64,000 nt of DNA. It comes from Lepidodermella squamata (Eukaryota > Animalia > Gastrotricha). The notes beneath the pieces are model-generated. The model did no database searches. It was not told the origin of the DNA and worked only from the letters and a program-made list of their open reading frames with translations. This document shows, piece after piece, positions 23,001 through 35,000 of this stretch; the stretch's first letter is position 1, and each line of letters opens with the position of its first letter. The translations under genes and the position numbers were made by a program. The stretch covers positions 2,418,001 through 2,482,000 of the forward strand of contig JBLDXI010000009.1 in NCBI GenBank assembly GCA_047495785.1, written 5' to 3'.

Positions 23001-26000
23001 GAGGTGAAAACTTTCATTCGGAAACTCGCGATTTTAGGCAGTCACTACAAGCAGAAATGCGACTCGTTGTTGTATAAGCTGAAATTGCCGGATGATAACC
23101 ATTTGAACCCGACTACGGTTCGCAATTCTACGCCGACTGTTGAGGACGAGTATCGAACCCTGCAAAATCAAGTGCTGACCGGGCATCTGCCGTGTAATCG
23201 CGATGAAGCGGCTCAGTTGGCGGCGATTCACATCTATTTGGACTCGAGGACGCAGGGCGGCCGTGCCCAGCCGTTGTATCGAGGCCATCGCCGTGAGACT
23301 CTTCCGCTGCTCGAACGGCGCCAGAGTAAACTAAGTAAGATCCCTTTGATCATTGCTTTCTATAATTTTAATTTTTGGGCTGATCGGATGGTATTGATTT
23401 TTATCGATTTGTTATCGATCGATAATCGATAATCAATAGTATCGCGATTTTTGCTTATTTTGCTTATTTTGATAAGATAATCGTAAAAATCACGAATCGA
23501 AGAAATCAATAACCTATAATCGATAATCGATATTTCTCTAAAATGAGTCGCAGTAGCTAGGCCGATGAATCAGTGGAAAGTTGAATTTTAGATTTCAACG
23601 TGAATGTTAAGCTATTTTCAGGAAAAATTCTCCCTATTTCGCTAATGTGGAGAGAAGAATCCTGAATTTCTGAAATTTTGAACTCGAGATGCAAAAAACG
23701 TTAAAAATTAATTTTTGAAAATTCGCCTTGTCTCATTTTCAGCCTCTAGCTTATTTTTCAAATTCTTCATTTTTCAAAGAGCTTGAATTCACTTTTTTTA
23801 TTTTAGGTACCGAGGCTCTGAGAGCGTTGGCTCAGGCCCGTCCTTCGAGCATGCTTAACGCTGCTTGCTGCACGCATGCTGGTTCCAGCGAGTCCCTCAA
23901 CGACGTCAACAACATCGATTTAGCCCAATACTCTTCACCGGAATGGGCCGGCGATGCTAGCATGTACGAGCTCATCAAGTTGAAACAACGCAAATTGTGG
24001 CATTCGAACTTTTTCGACAAAGAAGAACAACTCAAGGTATGATTTTTGTGATTCTGCAAGTATTTTCTTTAATTTACAAATTAAATTTTAATTTGAAATT
24101 TTGAAATTTAATTTAATTTTCTGAATTCAGGTTCTATATGTCAAAATTTGCAAGTCATTGCCATGCTATCTGTCCTGCTTGTTCGAAGTGAAAGAGAACG
24201 CGATCGGAACTCAACGCAAACAACTGCGTCTGTTGGCAATTGGCGACGAGAAAATCAGCCTCCTTAATTACGAAACAAAAGTCGTGGTGAAAACTGCGCC
24301 GGTGAATAATTTGCAAGACTGGCGAGTCATGCGTCGGTCCTCGGCGGTCCGCGCGCCCTCCTCAATGCCATTCGTCCTCGACTTCCGAGTCGGCAAGCCA
24401 TGGGTCATCTACGCGCTGAGTGCCGATCAGTTGAAATCGATAAAAGCCATCCTGTGGCACGTGACGATGAAGCAGGAAAAGAATTGGAAAACTGTCAATT
24501 TTTTCGATCTCGGCTTCGTCGACCTGCCCGAGTCTGAGGGCGCAACTGTGAGCGCGAATCTCCACGCATGCACCGACGAACTGCGCGAACTTCAATCGCT
24601 GATCCACTTCCCGGAAGAAGTCGCGCTTCGTCTCGCGAATTCGGAACGGCAGTTATTCGTCAAAGTCTCCGGAACTCATTACATGCGAGAAGTTATGGCT
24701 AATCTCAGTAATAACGAAGAAGAACGGAAAGGCCTGCTAACAAAAGACATGATCGCAAGGTTCTGCAAGGTGAAAAATTGGGTGGTTCAGGTCCTGCTAA
24801 TGGCTTCAAGTACCGAGGAACGCCGCGCGACCATGTCCTGCATCCTCCGAATGCTGCATTCATGCTGGAATTACGGCAATTTCAACTCGGTCGTAGAAAT
24901 TTGCGCGGGCCTTGCGTCTGAATCTCTGCGTGCGTTTTGGCTGTCGCTTGAAAAGAATGATTCGTCGATTATCGATCAAACCTACACCATGTCCTATCAC
25001 ATTTTGGTGAACAAGACCGGGTATTACCCGGAGTGCGTGTATCGCGGGGTTCAAATCGCGAGTTGTTGCGTTGTTCCTTACTTTGCGAGTTTTCTGAAAG
25101 ATCTCAACCTGCTGCTAAGCTCTCAGCCGCTGGTTATCAACGGCTCGACCGATCAGCGGACGTTTGAAATGAAGGAAACTAAGGAGAGTGAGGAATTTCG
25201 GACGAAAATCGGTGTTGGTGGCGTGGTCAATTTTCAGAAGTTGAAGTACGCCCAGGCGATTTTGAACTGCGTGAAATATCTGCAGCAGGACGATGATGAT
25301 ATGCTGGGCGATGGCCGGTCTGGTATGGAAGACAAAAAACAGACCGAAAACGAGCATGAAAGCGACTACGACTTGGATATCGGTTTGTTTTTTTACGCTA
25401 TAATAAATAATTTGAGGATACAGAATATAAATTATGTATTGCTCAGCCTAATTAGGTTGAGATTTTCTTCAAAATTCCGCCATCATTTTTAGGGGCGAAT
25501 CTAGAAACTCACAAGGTCATTGCATTCAAAATTGCCACTAATTTTCGAAGTTAAACAAGTTTAAGAATTCAGCTAAAAATGGAGAAATTCGGGTCCCCCA
25601 CAGAGTAAAAGGCTTCAAAGCAGTATAAACCCAAAAAACGGTGCAAACGTCACGCAACAATAAATCGAATTAATTTCGATAAAATCCTGCGTAAATTTCT
25701 GCTTATGGGCTCATCATAAATTTAAGAGCCCGGCTTATGAATTTTGGAAATTGAGATCTGAGCTACATTACGGAGTTTTCATAACATACGTTCCTCAAAT
25801 TTTGGTGTGGAAAGCTAGAATAGCAGACCATCATGTAAGTTAAATTCTCACCTTCAACTCCGTTGTTGGTACGCACATCCTCCCCCCAAACGCTCCACTT
25901 TGCAGGTGGCACGGCAACAAACCATTGGTTGTGGACGTATTGGAGCCATTGTAAAATTGCCTGTGGCAGATTGGCCGTGTGAATGACAATGGCTACGATT

Positions 26001-29000
26001 TGGTTGAACGTCGGTTTGACTGAAGTAGTGAAAATTAAATTCTAACCAGTTTTTTACTAACAAGCAATGATTTTAAACATGGCCAATGTATTCTGCGGCC
26101 TTTGTTTGACCATACAAGGCACCTACTGGCAAAAGAAGAGCTCTCTATGACCGAGGGCCTTCGATATCGATGGCTTCAAAAATCTGTGACCAGTTTTTTT
26201 GCAAAATTAGGTCACTTTACCCTAATATTTATTTGTTGCTGAAGTCATCAGTTTACCCACCATATTCCCCACCATACCGTGTTCGCGAAGAGAATTAGTC
26301 CCAAGATTGCAGCCTTTCGAGGTCGTGTTACAGCAAACTTGGTACCCGCAATTGTAAATGCAACTGTTCCGAACAAGAACCAGCTTAGGTAGTTCCGCCT
26401 TCGGTTTTCCTCTATTCGCCAACTAAGGATAACCTTTGCCGTACAGCGGATCGACCATTTTCGTTCTTAATCAAGCACATTTTTCGAAGGTTGGACCGAA
26501 ACCAATTTCAGTACCGGTTAAACTTGGCATTTGCGATTGCGATGCTGCCTCATGAGCTGAATCCGAGCCAATCTCGCAAGGTTCGATTCGTTCGGTCCGT
26601 GATCTCTTGCTCTTTTTTTTCGAGTTATTATCTTGCATCGAATCGGAACCCAGCATCAGAAGCTGCGTCACTTTCTTTAGAGCTAGATTGTTCCAAATTT
26701 TCAGAATCCGAGTTAACTTTTACGTCTGTGAAGGGATTATCCTTGGCGATTGGTTCGGGAATCTCGCCATTCTTTAGCGGTTTTAGGCATTTTTTAAAAA
26801 TTGAGAAAAAAGGGAAGTCAACATCCGCTGCCAAGTTACGATCGATTTTGTCATGTATTACGCAATACTTGCGAATTAAAAAGTCTGCTTTCAAAACGCG
26901 AATTAGTCATTTCTAGCTTTATTTGCTGTGATGAAGTTGCCGGCAATAATAAGAAAAACATTGATGGTAACACAGCATCCGATGTATTATCGAAATTATG
27001 GATAACGATCAGTTTAATGAATTGCGGGTTAAATAACCCATAAGTGGATACCAATTCCATCTCTGCTTTCAGGGTATTTTTAAATTAATTTGAATTTAAT
27101 TCTAAATTTTAATGAATTAACTTGAATAAAATTTGCCTTTGATTTAATTTTTTTCTGAATTTCAGATGCATATGAACCCATTCAAGCTGTTGTCTACGCT
27201 CCTAAGAACAGCGAAATTTACACGTCCAAGTTTGGCCGCTTCAACAAGCACTACCTCCAAATCGTCCAACACGGCCTGACTGTAGTTCATGTCGACGATG
27301 TGACCGGCCAATCATCGGTCGTCTACCTTAAACTTGAACCAGAAAACGCCACTCTCACTTGGCGCCGGCCTAATTGGGTCGATCCGAACGCTATCGCGAC
27401 AATGCCATTCATCGGCAGTGTTTTAGCGCCGATCGGCGATAACATCGAGCAGTACGTCTCGGCGTCGATGAAAACGCGATATTCAACCGGGGTTCGAGCG
27501 TATGGCGAACTCGATGATGGCTACATCGATGTTGATCTCATCAAAGAAATCAGTTTGAACCGATCCGTCGACCGCGATCCCATTTGCAAGCGACATGGCC
27601 TGGATGTTAACAGCAGCCACGCCCTAGCCATCACTTACGGCGAGACAATTTCTGAAAATCACCGCCTAGTTTTCGTTTTGCCGAGTTTGAGTACCGTTGT
27701 CTTACACGATGTGTTGACTTGCTTGGTTCAAGCCAGGCGGAGATGGGCTTATCAGACAGATCGCAGAATTTTGTGGCTGAAACGTGTGTATCTACAGCTA
27801 TTTTACGAGGATGGCCAATGTGAGGGTCCGACCATGGCTGCAGCTGTTAAGCGGTTCGATTCTCAGCGAGAATTCCATTTCAAAACCGTCGGAAATAATT
27901 CAGGGTGAGTTAAACCAATAATCGATTTTTTAAATTGTTTTCAAATTTGAAAAATTTATAATTTGAAATTTAAAACATTTAAATTTAATTTCTCGCATTT
28001 TCTCCTGTTTATTTCAAATATTACATTACTATCGAATGCCGGTATTTAAAAATCCGGAAGATTTATTTTACCTTGATTTTGGAGGAATTTCCGTGTCACT
28101 CAGTCAGCCAGCCGTAAATAGGTGCCCTAATTTGGGCCACTACTCGAATTGCCGCAAATACCTAAAATTTGGTATCGTTAGATCCGCCGCAACATATCGC
28201 CCAGACTGCCCGAAGAATTCGGTCAGTATATCTCGCCAATCAGCTTTAGCCGCACTGAAAGGCGCGTTATCTAACGGTTGTAACCCATGCAATGTATGAG
28301 GGGGAAGGACGGGAATTAGTTCGTTTTCCATCGCAACCCTCACTGCTTTGAAGGAAAGGTACGAGCCTTAACCATCGTAAAACAAGATAATAGGTTTCGG
28401 GTGGTCTTTCACTCGCTCGACGAAATTTTTTATAAGCCAATGCTCAAATACCTCAGTAATGGATGGAGCAAGTGCAAACTGGGCGCCATTGGGGCCACCA
28501 GTTGTCCACCTTTCTTCTATCAACTCCCCTTTGAACAAGATTAATGGTGGTAAATAATCACCCGCAGCATTGCCGCACCACAAGACTGTAAAAATTAAAC
28601 AAGATTTGCCCTCCGAGGGTACCAAGCTAGATTTGTTTTTTGCACCGCGCGTGAAGAAAGAGCGCCGACCCTTTGCTATAAAGTGATGAGAAGGCCGGTT
28701 TCTTCAAGATTGTAGAATCGATCTGGAGAATTGCCTATATCCAGGGCTCCAACTAGAGGAATTCGCATTTCGAAAAGCTCATCTATCACAAGAGGTGCGA
28801 GGGCTCGAGCTCTGACAGCGGATAGGTAATTCGGAACTCGCAAGCTCAGCCGATTTTTCCATTTTCTCTTGAAAATGTGGTTTTGTCTTCATCAGAATTA
28901 CGTAGGAGATTTTCGCAGCAAATGGTAGTTGGAAGGCACATATATTAAAGTGGTAAAAATGCACACAAGATTGTATATCGAACTCTACAGTGGCCGGGTT

Positions 29001-32000
29001 GATCATTGACCGGGACCAATTTTGCCAAGGATCTTAAGTATTGGAGAGGCGCTAAATTGTCAATGTTGGCCATGAACAGCAAAATTCGGCGTCGTGCCCG
29101 CCATTGCCTCCAAGCGCTGCAGCAATTTCCACCATGGTCCAGTCGTGACTCTTCAACTTCCCGTGAAAACCTGTTGAAGGTCGGGTGCACAGTATTGACA
29201 AACTTGTTGAAGGCTCCGTTCCAGGCTTCCGTGTTGGGAAGTCACTGGACAACGAACCCGGGTATGACTTGCTGTCAAAAACGTTGACTTACTCACTCGA
29301 AAGAATGGTGGAGGACAGAAACCAATGAGACCGCCTTGAATTTCAGCCGCCGGAAATCGAAGTTGTGACAGCTACGGGGTCGTAGTTTCACGAACGGGTG
29401 TCTGCTGTGTGATGAGAAGGTTCAAATCAGCGCCGAAATAGCGATCGCTAAGCAGTATCCCCAAATGGTCCAGTTCGAATGTTTGAGGAGTTTTTTACGA
29501 ACACATTCGGACAACGCGGTTTCAGTAGGTACGATCGTTACAGTCGAAATATGAAGATCAGGCTCGGGAAAGCAGGTTCAGAAACCGAGAAATCGGGCTC
29601 CGGTATCGCGGATACTGCTCGCAAAATCACCGAAAATCTGTGCATTTTGAAATTGAAAAATGCGAAAGAAATCATCGTGTTACCTCGAATGTAAGATACT
29701 TAAATCGAAAAAGGAATTTCTCAAGGGATTTTTGATTTTATGATTTTATAAGTGGAATATCATTCCTTATTTAATTTATTATTCAAATTTCGTTAATTTC
29801 GAAAATTCAATTCTTATGAAAAAAATTCGAATTTTATTTTAGATCGAATAATAAGGACCACGAAAGTTCAGCTGATGAGAACAGCAGTGTTACTCACGGC
29901 TTTTCATCCCGAAGCAGCCGCCACCACAGCCAGCATCACGGCATATCATCTCCCGCCCCGCTTTTCCGAAAATGGGGCCGGCAAGTGGCGCGATTACCCG
30001 GCTCAGTATGGCGCCGCCACCAGATGCAACAACAGCGTAAACAGCTGCAAGTCGCGGCTTGTATCCGCAAAAAATCTTCGCTAGTCATGCAATCTACGAC
30101 AATGCAGGTCGTCGAGAGGCTGAAACGAGCTGTTCGGCTGTCGTCCGGATCTTCGATCTACTCATCATCCGGCCGTAAATTCATGCACCCGTTGACTGAA
30201 TGCGCGATGACGATGGGCAAAATTCGCAAGAAAATGCTGTACAACGCGTGCGGCTATCGCTCATTCACCAACTCATTAGCCCAGGCGTCTGCCAATGCTG
30301 GCAAGCCGAAACAGCTAAGCGAGCCTCTTAATTACTCATCACAGGTTTTTTCAATAGCCACCTTAATTTTTTTAATAATTTTTTATTAGGTCAATTTCAC
30401 GCAATTTTTGCATCTGTTCAAATGCTACGTCATCCACACGCGGTCGGATTTGAAGGAGATTTTCGATCAAGTCCTCATCGCATCTCGAGCGACGAACCGC
30501 GGGATTGAGCGTCACTGCGATTTTGTCATTCCGAGCCACCGAGAAAGTGGGACATTGACGCGAAATTCGCCCCTCGATCTCGGCCTGGATGAGTCATCGT
30601 ATCACGTTATTCAAGACGTGATCAGCTCAGCGTCTGTGCCTATGCGAGCTTCACCGTTGACAAATTCACTGGAGCATGACACGCTGTCTGTCGAGACAAT
30701 TCAACGTTTCATCGCTGACTACCAATGCGAGTTGATGAGTGAAGCTCAGGTGATTCAGTTGGTGCAGATGCATGAGCCGAATTCGGCCATTCGCGAGTGT
30801 TGCCGCATGTCGTTTGAAGGGTTCGCGCGTTTTATGATGGATCGGTCGAATTTCGCGTACGCGCCGGAGAGGACGCGATTTCAGGAGCATGACATGGACC
30901 ACCCGCTGTCGCACTATTACATCTATACGAGCCACAACACCTACTTGACTGGGCATCAATTGAAGGGCGAATCCTCGGCTAGCATGTACACTCAGGTAAA
31001 TTTATAGTAGTTTCATGGCTGAAATTGGAATTTCGAAACTTGAACTTGGTAATAAAATTAAAATCGGTCGTTAAGCGGAGCAAAATTTTAAACAATTAAT
31101 TCGCCTAAACCTGTTATTACTGAATTTTCTTGAATTTCACGATTGATTCAAAAATGGTCCTCACTTTCAGTCGTGATATAAAAATTATCTGAAAATGATA
31201 CTTTTATACCCTTGCGTTTGGGTCCAATTTTTGAAAATTGGTTCCGCTAAAAACGTGGCTGAGTTCGTCGAACTCAGCGACGTCTGCTAAAATATAATGA
31301 AACGTTTTAAATTTAGATTTTTCGATCTGAAATTTTGTATACAAGTTTTAAATTTCGTTTCAATCGGTTAAATAAATTGATTTTAATAACTGAACTCCTT
31401 ATTCGGGTATTCCGAAAGCTGCGCAACTGTATTTATTTTTTCAAAAATTCCATCAGACATTATCCGTGATTTCACTGGAGAATTTTTACATTTACGTGAG
31501 AAAACCCGGAGACCCAGTTTGTAAATGGGGATAAAAGGTGATAACAGCGTGGGCAATCCAAGGTAGTAGTCGAACTCTAAAGAAGCGGCAGAAGCTTCGA
31601 CCGCATTGCTTGAATCCAGTTCTTCGGCTTTTTCATCGATTGGTCCGTCACGAAAAACGGCCGAAAAACGCTAGACTGAATCTCTTGTAACTGGCTAGGT
31701 TCCAGCTCTTGTGTGAAGCGAAAGGGTCAACAGATTGTAAAATTAGTGAAAGTAAAAGTTTGTTACCGTCGTAGCGTGTTTGGTTACTTTTCCGCTTTTT
31801 AAGTTCCGCTATTTCATTTCCGCTATTTTCATTTCCGCTGCGAGCAGTCAGTATGAATCAATAAATTATTCAGAATCGGCAGGTTCAGTGTCTGAGGTCG
31901 AACCCTCACTTGGCTCATATTCTGAACCATACGCGTTTTGCCCAGCGTTACCCGGAGGTCGAAGGCCACCATCTTGCGCGAAATCATCAAATCGGGCGAT

Positions 32001-35000
32001 GTTGAATTGGATTGCTCGATCGTACTTGTCGATTGAGAAGTCTCCGCTCTGTAAACGGTTTCGAAGGGTCTCAAGGCGTTCGTTAACGAGTGCATAATAT
32101 TGTATTTCGCGTCGGTGTCCTTGAGACATAAAGAAAAATGAGGAGAACATTGTCACCTTGGTGTCGTCATCTTGAATTGCGCCAGTCGACCCTGCCCCCT
32201 ACGATCGAAAAGTCTACCAGTTCGCGGCACTGTATAGCTAACTTTGACATGACATAATGCACGTCGGCGAAGCGCGCGGCGAAGCGGCGAAGCGAACTGA
32301 GCCTTCCGCGTCGCGGACCCAATATGATAGAAACTGCTCGATGACTTCTTGCCGTCGAATTCTGCCACCGAACATAGAAAATAGATACAGAAATAACAGA
32401 GGAAAGAAACGAGCCGATCGGCGCATGCTCGTTTTCTTAGCCATCTTCACCCTCCAATTTATCATCGTCGTCGAATTCGTCTTGATCGAGCATCGAGCAA
32501 AAGCATCGATTTCACCGAAACCAACTAGCGCACCTACGAAACCCATTGGCGCAGCAGGGGGAGTTTGACGTGATAAAACTTCGGCCACGTATTGCCCGAT
32601 ACAGCTGTCACGAACGCTGTATTTGTCACCTTCGAGACGTCTGTCATCAAAAATCCAATCTTCTACAGGTCTTGTTTCGCCAGGTAGATTTGCTGCGATG
32701 AACTTACGCAAGTCTGCGAGCCTATTGCGATCTCCGCGCGCTACATCGGCATTTCGAGAACGGTGTTTGTAGCCTGGGCGGCTTTCAGTTATGTTAACCG
32801 CGTTAGCCGTCAGTTCCAAGATTGCCCGTTTTAGTGAATGGTAATAAACCACCTGGGTTCCAACTTTCAGCATGTGTCGTTCTTGTTCGTCGCTTAGGAC
32901 ATTGCCAGTAGTGGATGAGCTAGTACATTCGAGACAGCTAAGTAGGCTGATTTCGTCATCGGCGTCTGTCAAATTGCGGAGGTTTACGAAGTTTATTGAA
33001 AAAATTATTGAAATTGCATCACCGGCTAGCTTCTAGCTGAGTGCCAGCTTCTGAACCTCGGTCAAAAATGGAGCACTCATTACATCAGGATCCATGTTAT
33101 GGAAGAGTGCGAAAACTCTCAAGGCTAGATAACTTTGTGTGATGTGCTTTTTTCTTGGTTTTTCACTTTTTGGGTGTTTTTCGAAATTGGTAGGCCCTAC
33201 CTTTACGATGTGGGTTCTACTACTTTGAAAACTGTCAGTCAAGCATTGGGATCACCTGTTTAACGGTCTGGTCCTAGGTCATGATCGAAAATTCACAAGA
33301 CATATGCATTTCTGTTGATAGAAAGGCCTTTTCCTTGGCCGTTTCTGAGCGGCCGCGCACTGATATCTGATTCAGTTATTGCCTGCATTTTCTTCCCCGT
33401 GCGTAGGTCACACGAAGTGAGCCAGATTATTGAGATAGCCAGGGTGATCAATCGCGAATAAATCAGAGTGTACTGCCTGTCTTGCATGGCGCACGCTCAG
33501 CAAACGTATAACCCAGTGCAAGTGAGAACGTCTATGATCGAAAGTGATAAAATAAAAAGCTGAGACGCTTAAATTAGTGCTGAAAAATGGTGCAAATGCT
33601 TATCGGAGAAAAATGTTCAAAATTTCAAAATTTTTGAAATCAATTTTTGAAATTAAAATTTTGTAAATTTCAAAATTTATATTTGATTTCAAAATTGTTA
33701 AATGTTTGTTTCCTTTTTAGGCTCTGTTAGCCGGCTGTCGATGTGTCGAGCTCGACTGCTGGGACGGCGATGAAGGCTACCCAGTCATCTACCACGGCCG
33801 AACTTTGACCTCGAAAATCATGTTCCGAGAAGTCGTCGAAGCCATCAACCGCTCGGCCTTTGTCACCTCGCCCTACCCAGTCATTGTCTCTCTCGAAAAC
33901 CACTGCTCGCTATCACAACAGAAGAAAATGGCTCAGATTTTCAAGGCAGTTTTCGGCGATAAACTAGTCATGAATCTGCTGTTCGAGTCAGATTTGGACG
34001 ACGATCCTTACCTACCATCGCCAAACCAGTTGAAGTATCGGATTCTGATCAAAAACATCAAATGCAACGCCATTCCGAACCAAACCGGCTCAACCGCCCA
34101 CATTGCGTCGTACTCTTCGATTTCCAACCTCGGCCGCGACTACGACAGTTCAAACGACGACCCTGAGCTAATGCTGACAGAATACGCGGACGACGAGCAG
34201 TATTCAGACGACGAATTTTACGAGGGCACAAGCGGCGGGTTCGAGGACGAGGAAGATGACGATAATTCGTTGAAGCCGCCGAGTTTCCTCGAGGCAGCGT
34301 TCGGCCGCGGGGGTAGTATGAAAGCGTCGAGTTTGCAACGGCTGAATCAGCGAAATTCTGAAATTCGAGAATTGCAGGCTCAATCGAAGCGGCGCCGTTC
34401 GTTGGCGCCTCAAATTTTCGCCGGCGGTGGGCCTAGAATCGGGCGCCGGTCTACGGGTAACAAAACCCTGGACACGTGCCCGTCGAATTTTCTCGATGAA
34501 ATGGACATGTATGTCGAGTCGGAGATCAACGAGTTGAAGGTTGAGAAGAAAATCCGGGGCCGGCGGCAGGTGGCTCGCGAGTTGTCTGATATTGTAATCT
34601 ACACCGCCGCGACTAATTACAAGGGCCTGCCTAATGAGCTGCGAAATCCGTCCATGTTCGCGAGGCAGAGCGCGTTCGGGCAGAAGGAGGTGTCGCAAAC
34701 TGGGGCGAGTCACCACTACGCCGCGTCGTCTCGCCACCAGAAAGCTCGCGCGTCCATTTCGTCGCAAATGGCCTTCGCCGCGCATCTAGCCGCTCGGGCT
34801 ACAGTCATCCCCCTCGCCCGGCTGCGAAATATCACCCCATTGCCCAAGGCCCACATGTCGACTCATTACATCTACTCAGTCGGCGAGGCGAATACTAAGG
34901 CGGTTACGAGGCGAAACCCACTGGCGATGTTGGAATTTACGGAGAAGAACGTGTATCGCGTTTACCCGGCCGGCATTCGCATCGACTCGTCGAATTTCAA

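Noticed and set aside
11023-23334. Separate ankyrin-repeat gene upstream of PLC
   Set aside because: No terminal stop exon was found and all exon phases run through to the FERM/RasGEF exons. Not fully excluded without transcripts.
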